This document shows, one piece after another, positions 24,093-37,804 of a stretch of 64,000 nt of DNA. Source of the DNA: Rhizophagus irregularis (Eukaryota); the NCBI RefSeq assembly GCF_026210795.1, contig NC_089429.1:4464001-4528000 (forward strand), in the 5' to 3' direction. How positions within the stretch are numbered: the stretch's first letter is position 1; every line of letters begins with the position of its first letter. The notes under the pieces were generated by a model. The model ran no database searches and had not been told where the DNA came from. It saw only the letters and a program-made list of their open reading frames with translations. Made by a program: the position numbers and the translations under genes.

Positions 24093-25228
24093 AGTAAGGT
24101 TGAACAATTTTAGAATTTATTTATACAGGTAATCTAAACGTTACAATTTTTTAATTATATGGATATAAACAAGTTCTAAAATTCCATATAATCTGAGCCT
24201 AAAGAGCTAAAATAACTATTCCTTTTTTTTTTTCTAAATTATTGAAAAAAAATCATTAAATTTGCCATAGCACTCCACCCAATATATCATTTACAAATCT
24301 CTGACTGATCCAGAAAATATTTAAATTTTTATTTTTAAATCATAAAATTGATTATTAAATAATTATCGCTAAAAAAGAAAAAAAAAAGGAAAAAAATCCT
24401 GTACTTGCCGATTTGCTACAACATGTTCATCCAGGTTACTTCGGTATCGTCCACAATCCCCTCACCAAACCAAAAAGATAAAAAAAAAAATATTAGTAAT
24501 TAATTAATGCTAAGAAAATTAAAAAGCAAAAAAATTAAAACGGAAAAAGATTATACGACTATCTACCAGAATATATAGCATCTGGTATTATTTTTAAAAC
24601 TTTTAAAATTTTCCTATCCCACAGTTTCAGCAAAAAAAAATAATAATAATTTTGTATATACTATTTGATTGGTTTGGTGGAAAATAACAACTTCGTTATA
24701 AGAACATAAAAGGATTATAGTTCCTAAGATAGTTACATTAACGGGGGCTGACAAAATTTTTTTGCATTAAGAATACTCAAATCTAAACTACTATAAGCAA
24801 AAATAATTGAAAATAAGGCTACAATAAGTTTAATCATGGAACTACTGTGAACCCAAAAAATTACAATTCATCTTTTTATTATCATTAAAAAAATATAAGC
24901 CCTTAAATACTAACATATAAAAGTTACGAGGAATGAACTTTTTTTATATAAATAATAATTTCTGTTCATACCATACTGCATAATATAATTCTGATAAGTA
25001 ATATTTTATGTAATTCTTTCTAACGTATTTTATAACTATCCACTGTCATAAAGATCTTGCAAACAAACGTAAGAAATTAAACAACCATTTTTTGAACTTA
25101 ATTCCGGTCAAAGTAGTCATAATTCTGGTCAAAATCGCCATAATGCGGGCCAGGTTTCTTATTTTCGGGGGATGTTTAATTTCGGAACGGTACGGTATAT
25201 TTATATTTTAAGGGATTGTACAATAAAA

Positions 25229-25794
25229 TTATTTTATGTTTAAGTCAGTTCTAGTTTCATTCAATAGGTTTGCATTTTTTTTTTCAACTACCATTTGATT
25301 ATATAATACTGTAAAGATGGATCCGGTTGATATTCCAATTAGTACCAATGGTAGAAAGTAATGATATTTTAAACCTAATAAAGAAAGGAAATACTTTTTA
25401 TTTTTAATTATAATATAAAAATGTTAAATTTTAGAATTATTTAATATATACCTTCAGAAAAAACATCTCTTATTCTTAATTTACTAGTTACTAAAAGAAA
25501 AAGATCGATATCAATACAAGTATTAATTATTATATGTTAAAACAAAAATATGAATAAAAAAAATAACTCAATAATAAGTTTCATTTATTAATATTATAAC
25601 ATACCAATAGGTTCATCAGATAACAATAAACTTTCTAATAAAGATTCTAAATATTCATATTTATCATCATCTGTTTTGCAATACTTACTAAGAATTAATT
25701 CCGCCTCATATTTTTGATTATAATTTTTAGTGAAATGAATATATAATTTCTTTATTTCATGTTTACTAAGTTTAAGTTTAATTATTTCTTTCAT
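25229..25794 (-). CDS. Small 3-exon hypothetical protein (~124 aa) with a C-terminal hydrophobic segment
   Basis: Exons 25794-25605, 25490-25452 and 25374-25229 splice in frame via GT-AG: MKEIIKLKLS...YLESLLESLLLSDEPI-VTSKLRIRDVFSE-GLKYHYFLPLVLIGISTGSIFTVLYNQMVVEKKNANLLNETRTDLNIK*. Confidence 0.6.
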
Positions 25795-26394
25795 AAATAT
25801 TTGCCGTTTTAATATAATTAATTAAATTTATAATTTTTTTTTGAAAAAAAAAGTTTATTTTTTTGAGCTAAATAAAATTTGATTACAGTAATTATGATAT
25901 TTGATGAGTAATTCTAACTATTTGGTATTATCAGCATCATATGACTTTATGAATATATAGCTAGTTACCAGTTATGGATCATTGGGATTTTGCCAGATTT
26001 CAATAAAAAAGAGATAATGATGGGCCCGGAAAAATTATACTAAATATTTCCAGAGTATAGAAAGCTTATTACCAGCTTAGCTAGTTATGTATAAATATTA
26101 TCCTGAAAATATTCAACAATATCCCGATGGTTCGTGATTTTGATGATCAAAAATCTTGAAAGAAAATGTCAATCAAATATTAGTTTAGTTTATTTTATAT
26201 TTACATCCAACATTATATAATCACAATTAAATTTACAATAAAATCCATAATTTATTGCAAAGATATATAAAAATTCAATTGATAATATATAATATATAAA
26301 GAAAATTATTTAAATTACAAACTAAGAAACGCGTAAAATATTTACTACTCTAATCAAATAATTCAAAATAAAATTTCCAATATCGTTTGTTATT

Positions 26395-28689
26395 TTAAAA
26401 TCCATCTAAAAAAAGAATAATTATAAATAATATAAATTAGAATTAAAATATTATTTTATACAATATTAAAGAAAAATATTAAGAAACTAACCATCGGGAA
26501 TCTCAAAATCATCTTGATCTTCTGAATGAAGGTTTGGATTATTATGTATTTCGTCATCATCTATAAAAGGACAAACGTTTTTAATTTAAACATTGCGAAT
26601 TTATAGCAAAAAATTTTACTTACCATTAACTGATCCTTTCATTTGTTGCATTGTTTCTTTTTTATGATCAATTGGAAAGTCTAAATTTTTAAATAAATAA
26701 ATAAGTAAGATTATAATAAATATTGCTTAATAAAATTTGGAATAATAATACTTACCATTTTTTGAACTTATTTGTAACCTTTTAAATACTTTAGATAATC
26801 TTTTACTACCACCTAAAATCGAGATAAATTTATATCATTATTTCAAAAATTTGAATAATATAAATATATAAATAAATTACCTTTAAAAAGACTATTTATT
26901 TTTGATGTTTTATTAATCTTCTGATCGTTCGAATTATTAAAATCCTCAACTAAAAAATGAAAATTTGATTAATAAATATTTCATCAAATGAAAATCTCAA
27001 TAAATACCTACTATTATCAGGAATATTAAAATCATATGTTTTACTATGAAATGCTATTTAAAAAATAAGAAAATAGGTTATAAATTATTATAATAGTTAA
27101 TAAAATAACAATAAAAAAGCTAACCTTCTTGTTCTTCTATAATGAGCATAATCATTTAAATTAAAAAAAACAAAATTAGTAACGTCATCATATCTTAATC
27201 AATAAACAAAAAACAAAAAACTTAATAAATAATACCTTCTGTTACATTTTTTGGTTCGGGTAAATTTTCAAATTGATGAACTTTGCTTGTAAATAATCTG
27301 CTGCTTATGTAATTTGTGCTAGTTTTTATTTCAAAATTATTCACTGCTTTTGACTGGAAAAATTCATTTGGCATATTTTGATATGATAGATTAATTTCTC
27401 TTATTTTTTTCATAAGAGATTGTAAATCAAGTCTTTTTAATGGATCAGCATCCCAACATTGTACCATTAAACTTTTATATTCTAAAGGAATATCTGACAT
27501 AATTTCTGGTCTCATTCCATTAATTATATCCATTGCAAGATTATAATCATCATGCTTATAATCAATAAATGGTGAATATCCGGATGAAATTTCCCACATA
27601 AGTATTGCAATACTATAAATATCAGATGCAAAAGTATATTCTTTTCCATTAATAACTTCTGGTGCTATGTAAGGAAGATTTCCATATATACTTTTTGATG
27701 ATTTATCAGCAGGCCCACACAATCCAAGATCACTAATAATCCATCTATCACTAAATTGTGAATATAATATGTTTCCAGAGTGCAAGTCTCTATGAATTGC
27801 TTTTTCAAGATGAATAAAATGAAGCGCATTAATTATTTCAAAAGCAACTTTAATTTTTTCCTTCCATGTAAGTTGATTATAATTTTGTTGTAAATATTCT
27901 CTTAAATTTATATCCATTTTTCTCATTACAAGCATGTAATTTCTATTTGATATATCTTGTGTTAAACCAAAGCAAGTGACAATAATAGCATGTTTATTGC
28001 CTATAGTTAAATGTGATTTAGCCTAAATGATAACATGCCATTATTAATGCAAAAATCTTTAAATTTCATAAAAAAATTTAAAATATAGTCATATATACCT
28101 CTTCAAACCAACTTTGATTAGCATTTTCAACATTTTCTAATTTTTTAAGTATTACTGCAATAGTACCAAATCTTTCTAATTGCTGTTCATTAGAATTCCA
28201 TTTTTCATAACTTCCACCAATCCAACCTGCTGTATAAATTTCCGAGAATCCACCTTTTGTTAGATATTTAATATTTTTTAGATTGTTATATGGAATCCAT
28301 TCAACTACCATTTTTGGTATACGTGTTTCCAATTGACATTTCTGTATTAAATTATCAATATCATTATTTCCGGATGTCCAATTTTTAAAATTTGCTTTTA
28401 AATAATTTCGAACACAATATTCACAATATAATGTTGCTAAACATTCTTGATTACAATTTTCACAAATTCTTTTTGTTCCTGAATTAAAAAAAATTTTACT
28501 TCGGTCATAATTTTCAGTTATATAATTTATTGCTTCAGTTTTTTCATCATCTGTAAGAAGTTTATCAGCTAGAATAAATTGTTCTTGAAATTCATATCGT
28601 TTGTGCATGTCAGTGTGAATATTATAATCAGTTAACGAATACGCTCTATTAACTGTTGCATAAATTAATTCCCATCGAATAGTAGACAT
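26395..28689 (-). CDS. TKL protein kinase (CxxC/WTSGN N-terminal type) with a micro-exon tail
   Basis: Exons 28689-28099 and 28022-27236, then micro-exons ending NNPNLHSEDQDDFEIPD-DGF*. Motifs CENC...CEYC, WTSGN, GGFSEIY, VILKK, HRDLHSGN, DLG, GNLPYIAPE. Confidence 0.88.
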
Positions 28690-30809
28690 AATGCAATTTT
28701 TATAATAAAGGTTTAAAATGAAAACTTTTTTTATTTAACTATTAAAATAAAAACAAATATAAATTGGAAAATGAAATTTTTTTTTTAAAAAAGAAAAAAA
28801 ATTTAATTTCAAAAATCCCGAAAAAAATAAATAGTGTAACATAATTTTGAATTTTAGTATGATCCGAATGTTATGTAACAGTTATACAAACAAGTTTAAA
28901 ATAAACACGATAAACTATTTTTAGACATGCTTATCGCTATAATAAATATTTTTACATTTTTATAAATAAATATTGTAACTAAAAATACACATTATAGTTT
29001 AACCGAGAAATCTAAGTGTAAATCAATTTATTTAATTTGTTGAAAGAATTAAAAAGAATGAAAAATATTGATGATATTGTACTACTTTGTGATTAACAAC
29101 AGTACATGCTGAATCTTTTTTTGTAAACAAAAAGACCTAGGTTTTATTTTAAAAATGATGAGGAATTATAATTAAATCATTTGTTAATATATTAATTAGT
29201 ACGTAAGTAGTTACCAAAATGTCACTAGCGATTTGGTATCAAAATTGAATTAATCGAATCAGAATCAATTTTATTTAAAAAAATTGAAAATATTCTAAAT
29301 AATATAATTAATATGTTTAAAATATGAATCATAATTAGTATTTACCCATTCAGAGGGGATATCGGGTTACATTTCAAATGATTTAACATTCTATAGACTT
29401 GAGTCATCATTTGATCAGCATAATAATGTCATCTTTTGTGTTATCCATATTTTTATTAATATGTCATACTTAGTCATAAAAGATATATATGTATATATAC
29501 TGTATATAGCGCATGAGAATTCTCAAGTATTCTGGTAAAAATGGTGTTATTCATACCGAGTCATGAAAGATCAGTGTTTATGATTGATGATACAACATGA
29601 GTAAAATTTCATAGAAAATAGTGAACTGAAAAACTATAAAATCACCTTTTTCGCACTCAAAAAATCCACATTTTAATATACAAAAAAAGACCTTTAAGTC
29701 CTATAATCCATTACTCTTTCAACCAACTGCAAAAAACCAATACAATACAACTGACTGACGGCCTAGTGGGTTATTATTGTTTGAATTTTGTTTTCAACAC
29801 AAAATTCAACTGCGGATCACGAAAAAACATAAGGATTTAAGGCAAGTATTTCCGTTGTATGGCTCTACTTGCTTTATGGGCGTGCGTCATTTTTAAGTGT
29901 TATGACATAGGGGTTTATGTGTTCATAGTACGTACCATATGCTACAGGCTAGTAGTCATCTGCTTTGTGCACAAAGTCGTAGCTACAATGATGCCATATA
30001 GGTGGTCCCACAAGCTGACTCATATGGGAGGGCAGGCCGTGGTGCCCGTGGAAGTGACACATATTTCTATGTCATGGGCATACTTGATTATTGATATATG
30101 CTAACATAATATTATATATTTTATCTTCAGTAATTAGGTAATTATTACAGCACTATTGATTTTTGAAATCATCGCTGAGAACATTTAATAGAGCGTTACT
30201 TTTCCTATCACAAATATGCCAATCCTTCCATAACCTTATGTTTAAACGCATTTTTGACTCCAAACTTATCATTATTGCTATTTTTACACTATCCGATAAA
30301 ATGTTTTTTTTTCATAAATTTTAAATTTTCCATTCAATCAATTCAAGCATTTAAATATTATTATTATTCCATAATAACTGTTTTCGTCTTTTTGAATATT
30401 ACATTCACCATTGTATATCTCGCATATAACTTTATAGTATTATATACTAAATTCAACATTATTTGTTTAATATATATATTTTTTAGTTACAAATACATGC
30501 TAAATCATGATAGACATACAGTAATTAATTTTCAATTTCATTTTAAAGAATGTTTTATTATTTTATTTATGAGAATATTTATAAATAAAAAAATAAATAA
30601 AAAAAAAACCATTTGTTCACAAATTTTATTAACTTCTTGGCAATTACAATCTATAAATATATAATAATATTGTTATCGTGTAAACAATTTCTTCAATTTT
30701 GTGTATTTTCTTGAAATATCCATTTAAAATTAACAACTTACAAATCAAAAATTACTGATAATAATCATTTAAGTGAATAAAAGATTTAAGATTCTACCTT
30801 CAAGGAGCT

Positions 30810-32185
30810 CAGTCTTGTGTTTTGGGCGAAACCGAAACTAAAATTTTGGCGAAACTTCTGAAACTTCCGTAACTTGGTAAAACATGTTTTATTTATTTTT
30901 TTGTAATACATGACTGGTTTAACAAACAAAATAATTATAAATCAAGAAAGTCTTGATAAGGATTCAGATGTGTATCAATTAATATTTGATGAATTTCTTC
31001 AGTGGATTTTCTATACCATAATAAGGCAATTCTTTTTTCGCATTTACATGGTAATAGGCTGAAAATTTATACATATTTTCAACTTTATTTAAGCTTAAAC
31101 AGGTCCTTCTTTTACTATATATCCAACCAAGACCTCACCGACGATCAACAGGCAATTATTTGCTTGCATCCAGCTGCATGAGGTGTGAAGGAAAAAAGTT
31201 TAAGTGCTAGTTGAACTAGGTAATCCTCAACTTTAGGAAATTTATCCTTAAGAAAACCATCAAGTATATGGAGTTTCAGTATCATTCATTTCAATATCAA
31301 AAGGTTTTCCTCATGTACGATATCGTTTCATTTGATGCATTAATTCTTTACGTTTCTTCCATTTTCATAAAATTTTATTTGCTATCATTAATAAATCCCT
31401 AAAAAGCCCTCATACCCAGCAAATTTCTAAAGTATTTATTTAATTATTTGGTATAATAAATTTAATTTAGTAAATAATTTTACAATAATAACAATATTAT
31501 TTTTTTTTAAAAAAAAATAAGGCATATGATTTACACGTTACAATCATTACATTTAGTAATTATTTTTATATATTATTATAACCATTAGAAATACATAATT
31601 CAAAATAATATAATTATATACAGTAATTTACTATTAAACATTAATAAATTGTAATTTTAAATAAATTCTAATTTTTTTTTTAAAAAAAAATAACCATAGT
31701 GTTCGTTTTAATTATTAATTATTATTATAGGAATTACAGATAAATATGATCCAAACTTACTAGTATAATACTGATGTAAAAAAAGCATAATAAATATATC
31801 AGATCAGCAAATTCAGCGTGACGACAATTAAAAATTGAAATACACTGCTGGCGAAAAACTCAATAATCATTATTAGGTAATTTTTTAATTGCAGCTCCAA
31901 GTTTTGTAAGTCCAAGAAAAATCAGCAAGGGTGCAAGACTGAGATTCTAACACTGAAATTGATTGTTTAATAGGACGTAAGGTAAATGCTAACGAATATA
32001 CATCATCAAAAAATGCACGCGATCGTAAAACTGATAATACTGCTGTTGAAAGGTTTTCTGGTTTTCACATTTTAACTATAGAAGCAAAAAATGAAATTAT
32101 TAGTTGAATTAGTAATTAAATGACTGATTCAAAATCTTACATTTTCTAATAGTGCTTTATGGTGCATAATTGAATCAACACAGTC
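30810..32185 (-). mobile_element. Degenerate hAT-like transposon remnant (transposase C-terminal part with one terminus)
   Basis: Minus-strand translation gives RSRAFFDDVYSLAFTLRPIKQSISVLESQSCTLAD...GAAIKKLP...CISIFN (32060-31790) and YLVQLALKLFSFTPHAAGC...GWIYSKRRTCLSLNKVENM...YYHVNAKKELPYY (31230-31010), like a hAT dimerisation domain, with stops and frameshifts; CAGT-starting end with gcgaaac/cgaaac subterminal repeats at 30810-30870. Confidence 0.75.
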
Positions 32186-32354
32186 AAAATCAATTACCAA
32201 ATACTGTAGTATGTGAAATATATAGCATCTTAGGTTAAATTTATTATAGGGATTAAATTCAAGCAACAAATATTACTATACATTACTATACTCATAAAAA
32301 AATTCAAATATAAAATGCTAGGAAAATAAAATATACTGTAAATTTGATACAAAT

Positions 32355-32900
32355 TTACATATTATATTCATGAATAATTGATTTAGACAAATTAAGAAGT
32401 CTCTCAGACTTTTCCTTTGATTTTTTCTTATGATTTTCCTTTTCTTCTAATGTTAATTCTTCAGCTATTCTATTGCTGGCACTGTAAAATGATAAACAAA
32501 TAATATTTCCCACATTATCTGTTCTAACTTTAATATCTTCTATCTCAGTTTTCAAAAATCTTGAAGGTAAGGTAGAATAGACGAGACTGACAATCAAAAT
32601 GTCAGAATCTTCAAAATAAATTGGTTTTGGTGGGTCTTCATTAAATATCTCATCCAAATCAAATGTATTACGAGATAATAGCTTAGATACTTCTTGCACA
32701 TGGAACGCCACTATTTTATCATTAATATCATAAGAAATAAGGAAATCAACCGTAACATCCACACAATAGTCTTCAACACTAGAATCACTGTCCACAAAAT
32801 AGACTGACAAAATTGTCTGTCTTCGAAATATTTGAAAATTACATTTCTGAAAACTTTAATAGGCCTTAAATCATGAAATAGATTATTTTGTATTGAATCT
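32355..32900 (-). pseudogene. Decayed gene with two tandem DUF2283-like repeats
   Basis: Repeat 1: KYFED/(frameshift ~32815)/LSVYFV...DFLISYDINDKIVAFHVQEVSKLL. Repeat 2: IYFEDSDILIVSLV...DIKVRTDNVGNIICLSFYSASNRI. The pattern resembles the DUF2283 consensus as I recall it (YDxxxDxLYI...iDxDxxGxIVGIEIxxASxxL). Confidence 0.55.
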
Positions 32901-33774
32901 TACGTAATGGTTAAAATACATTTGTTACAAAGTTCAAAATAACAAACATACCATGCTTTTTCTGTGAGCTAAAGTAATGCAATTAGGCACAAAATAAATA
33001 AACAAAAAAAAAGTGAAAAGAAGGAAATCTACAAGACTTACATCATCTAATTTAATTTGTTCAAGAATTTGATGAGAACTATCCATATCCAATTGCGTAT
33101 GCATCTTTAGTACACGTTTTTATCCAAGTACCTTTGTAGAGAATCCTTGTGATAGGTTATAATTAGCCGGGGAACAACTGTTTGCAATATAACTCTATAC
33201 GGACAACTTTATTATTACCTATCGCTTGTTGGGCAACTGCTTTATTAATTGTTAACATGGCGTTGGGTTGAAGGACACCTATTGATATAAGAAAGCTGCA
33301 CATTTTGATAAAAGGTATATAGAGTAGTTGGGTATGTTAGTATACTATTTGTTAGAATGAATTGCTACCGCACTTATTCCATCACCACCATTATACTCAC
33401 GCTTGTAGTTTTGTGGACTATAATCAATCACACCCACAATATACACCATACAAATTACTGAAATATTAGATATTTGTCTTACGTTAAAAAATTTCTTGGG
33501 GCAATATATTGGTCAAAAAAAATTTTTACCGCCTAATAAAATATTCGAGAGATTATTCTAATTTATTCTAATGAATAAAAATGAACAATAATAATGTCAT
33601 CAGTAACTCTACCTAACGCAGTATCTGACTCCTTATGATATCATTTAGTCGTATTATTTTAAATTTTCTGATATCATTTGCTGATAACAAGCCACCAATC
33701 AAGAGTATAAAAGGACTAATTATGTTTAATTTAAACGTTGCAAAATTAAAAAATTTATAGCAGAAATTTCACTT

Positions 33775-34260
33775 ACCATTAACTGACTCTTTCATTTGTT
33801 GTATTGTTTCTTTTTCATGATCATTTTGAATGTCTTTATTTTAAATAAAAAAAATTAATGCTTGCTTAATAAACAATTAAATTTTAGAATCATATTACTT
33901 ACCATTCTTCGAACTTATCTTTAACGTTTCAAATACCTTAGAAGAGCTTTTATTACTGGCTAAAATTGACATATAATAGTACTATATTATTATTATTTAA
34001 AGATAATTAAATATACATATAAATAAATTACCTTTAAAAATACTACTTATTTTTGATATTTTATTGATTTTCTGATCGTTAAAATCATCAACTAAAAAAT
34101 CATATACTTTACTATAAAGCGCTATTTTTTTTAAGAAAAAATCATAATAAATAATAAATTGACAGTAAAAAAAGGTTAACAATTATTTAAATTAAAAACA
34201 AATTAGTAATTATGAAAAAAATTATTAATATATTAAGTAATACCTTTCGTTGCAATTTTT
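33775..34260 (-). pseudogene. Orphan 3' micro-exon tail of a TKL kinase
   Basis: Exons homologous to the 26395-27240 tail (e.g. KVYDFLVDDFNDQKINKISKISSIFK); no kinase domain nearby. Confidence 0.7.
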
Positions 34261-35469
34261 TGCTAAATTTTAAAAAGTTAAAAAAAAAATAATTATTTTT
34301 GACAATGACTTGAGTTACTAAACTCTAAACAGTGTAACTATATGATCTAAATGTCATGTGGCAATTACACAACCAATTATAAACAACGTAACAAATAAAT
34401 ATTTTTACATTTCTAGAAATAAATAACAAAAATAAGGTACATACTCGTGTACACGTGACCTCGTAACTGCGGCACTATCGTGTCTTGCAAATATGACCAG
34501 CTGAGTTCCATAGCAACTATTAATTGTTTGATGTAAAAGAATCAAATAATCGTTATGGTTACTTTGAATTATTTTAATTTGATAATTATACAGTATATAT
34601 ATGAATGCAAAAAAATAAACTCTTGAAAAATTATGAGAAAATGAACATTCTTAGGTCCTTAAATTTTAATTTATTCTATTCTAAACACTATAAAAAAATT
34701 CTAGTTTCAGAACACGCAAATCATTGCGAACCATTCAAATGATTTTTCCCATATATTAATTTATTTGTGGCTGAAAATGGCAGAAGTTCGTGAAAATTTA
34801 CACCGCTTTATCACAATATATAATATTTCGTTATTGTTATAATGAAATATTAATAGATTAATATTTGGGCCAATTAGACCATTTTATCTAATAATAGAAA
34901 TAAAGTTAGTGTATAATATGATAAAACGTTATGAATTTAACTGATATAAAATTATTAAATAATAATTATAGACTAAAAAATTTTAATTGATGCGAATATA
35001 CGATGCAAAATAAAAATTTATTAATAGAAAAATAATTAACTGATGCAAATAACTATAACTCATACTCTTTATATCGATGATATCAATACATAAAATTTAT
35101 TTTGATACAATCATACATTATTTATTAGAAAAAGTTCCTTACATTATTATAGAAACAAGTCGAAATACTGTATAAATATTTAAGAGATTTTATTTTTTCT
35201 AATTTATAATAACTTGGTTTCAATTATTATTAATATCTTTATTTTTTTCTGAAATCTTCTTGTTTTTAATCTTTACATGATATTTCTTATCGTTTCTTTC
35301 TCGTTGACTTTTTTTCTTTGTTTCTTCTTTGTTTTTTCTTTGTTTTAATATTGATTTTAGATTTATTGATAAGATATAATATAAAAAAAATTATTTAAAT
35401 TACAAACTAAGAAACCGCGTAAAATATTTTACTATTCTTAAATCTTAGCGTTTAAATAATTTATTTATT

Positions 35470-35880
35470 AAAATCCATCTAAAAAAGGATACATATAAAT
35501 AGTACAAATTAATAATCAAGATTATTTAAACAATATTAAGAAAAATATTAAGAAAAATAACCATCAGGAATCGCCAATTTATCCTGATATTCTGAATGAA
35601 GGTTTGGATTATTATATATTTCGTCATCATTTATAAGAGGACAAAAATATTTAGTTTAAAAATTTGCAAAATTAAAAATTTATGGCAAAACTTATACTCA
35701 CCATTAACTGATTCTTTCATTTGTCACATTATTTCTTTTTTATGATCATTTCGAATGTCTATATTTTTTTAAATAATTAATAATTAAATATCGTTTAATA
35801 AACAATTAATGTTTAGAATCATATTACTTACCATCCTTTGAACTTATCTTTAACGGTTTAAATACCTTAGATAATCGGTT
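35470..35880 (-). pseudogene. Second orphan kinase tail, truncated by an insertion
   Basis: Exons for DDEIYNNPNLHSEYQDKLAIPD and DGF plus a 3' UTR matching 26290-26410; homology breaks at ~35880. Confidence 0.75.
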
Positions 35881-36357
35881 CATACCCAAATCAAAAAATG
35901 TGTAACCCGACTCCAAAACGGCGGGTATTGCCCGTTTATCTTTTTGTTAGATATGACCCGGGTATTACCCGGATAAAAACCTCAATAAATATATAAATCA
36001 AGATATTTATCAAATATAAGAAGTCTTTTAGAAGTATTGCTAAAACTCATCAGTAATGACCATCAACACACCATTTAGATCTGGCCGAAATTATATTTTA
36101 GCCAGAATTAATAAGAATCTCTTTTGGTCATAAATTATCTCGTGGCGACTAACGATCACCAAGTGACATTCACATTAATTCTGGCCAGAGTTAACATCTT
36201 AATTCTGGCAAAATTTATGGAGCAATTACCTGAGGGTATTTATGTGTCAACATAAAACGGATACAAAACGGGTATTACCTATTTGTTATTCCGTAACCTG
36301 GATACTCATAAATACCTGAGTATACCCAGTATAAACGGGTAATGGCCCGCAGCTCTA
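35881..36357. mobile_element. Non-autonomous TIR element remnant (hAT-like end)
   Basis: Imperfect inverted repeat gcgggtattgcccgtttat (~35921) / ataaacgggtaatggcccgc (~36331); right end cagctcta; repeated gggtattacc motifs; no TSD found. Confidence 0.45.
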
Positions 36358-37804
36358 TTTTATATACTTTTTATGGGGAGCTAATGTAGTTGTTATTCTC
36401 GGCATCTGGAAGAAAATGTTAAGTAAAGTTAATCTTAGTTATGAAGAATTATCGGAAATTAGACAAATTACTAATTCAATTGAAATTGTTGGTGGTAGAT
36501 ATAAATTTAGTATCGCTCTTTACTAATATAATTTAATAAAATTTCTTCGTTTAAAGGGAATGACGGGTTATTTTTAGCCTACTTTCCGTTTAAAGGTAAT
36601 AATAGGTTAACATAAATTTGTTACAAAATAATATAATATGATAATAATTAATCACTATAGGTTTTTGTCTTTAGTTAAGATATAAATATGATGAATTAAA
36701 TTGAATCCAACTTTCATTACTAAATTAAATAAACAAATAGTATTAGAATATTGTAAGTTGTTAAAAATGCATCAATGATTAAATAATTTTTTACCTACTT
36801 ACAATCTTATAATATTGATCTTTCAAAAATGTGATTGTTCTTTGCTAATAATAATATCTATTGTTTTATATTTGCTCGGTATTTTGGAAAAATTTTACAA
36901 AAAACTCATGAACCATCAGGATATTCTTCAAGAATTTTACGAAAGTGGTGATTTTTCTTGCATTAAAAAGTGAATAGAAAGTGATAACAGGAAAATTAGA
37001 GTTTGAAATAAGGATCATTTTATAGAGTCGCTCATCGAATAGATATAGCCATCAATAATGTCATCCAGATATATCCATGTATTATTATCTTATACTATTA
37101 AATATTTATCTCCAACTATAATAATTTTTTTTTCCTACAATAAAAATTATTAAAAAAATAATAACTGAATTTTTTTTTTAAAAAAAAGGTTTCATTGAGT
37201 AAAGAAAATTAATTTTAATTTTTACAAGCTCATTATGTCACGAAAAAGGCAATAAATTTTGCCTAAAAAATATGTTATTGTATTATAATTTCGAAATATT
37301 ATGCAAATAAAACTTTATAATCAAAATTGAATTTTTGATTTTCGCTTTTTCATTCGAATTTTCAAATTTGGTTCATTTAAACATCAAATTGCCAATGAAA
37401 GAGACACAAATACGGCAATTGAAATTTTATTTTACTACGAATTTAAAGGTGTTTCCATTTTTTGAGTTCTATGATGATTTGTTAAAATAATTGGTTTCTT
37501 TCCAAAAACATCTTCAAAATTAAATTTACAGAAAATAATCCTAGTCTACAATAGTTTAACTTTAACGTCATTTGTACCTTTGTAATTTTCACATCAATAA
37601 TAGAAGATCCAAGTTGCCGGTGATGACATACTTTTTTGTCTATTTTGTATGATCAGATGATCATCATTGCGGCACATGACAGGTTAGTAGACAATATTAA
37701 AATTTTGGTGGTTGCACAACTTATTTGTTTAACCGTCTATCGAGACTTTATTTTTATTTTTATTTTTTTTTTTGCATTATTAAAATAATTTGTTTTCTAC
37801 AAAA

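Noticed and set aside
29859..30664. 81-aa and 136-aa plus-strand ORFs
   Set aside because: No recognisable motifs; the second has the F/I/Y/N bias expected from random AT-rich DNA.
30810..31949. cagtcttg / caagactg as a TIR pair with an agattcta TSD
   Set aside because: The right-hand match is inside transposase coding sequence (LESQSCTLAD) that continues beyond it.
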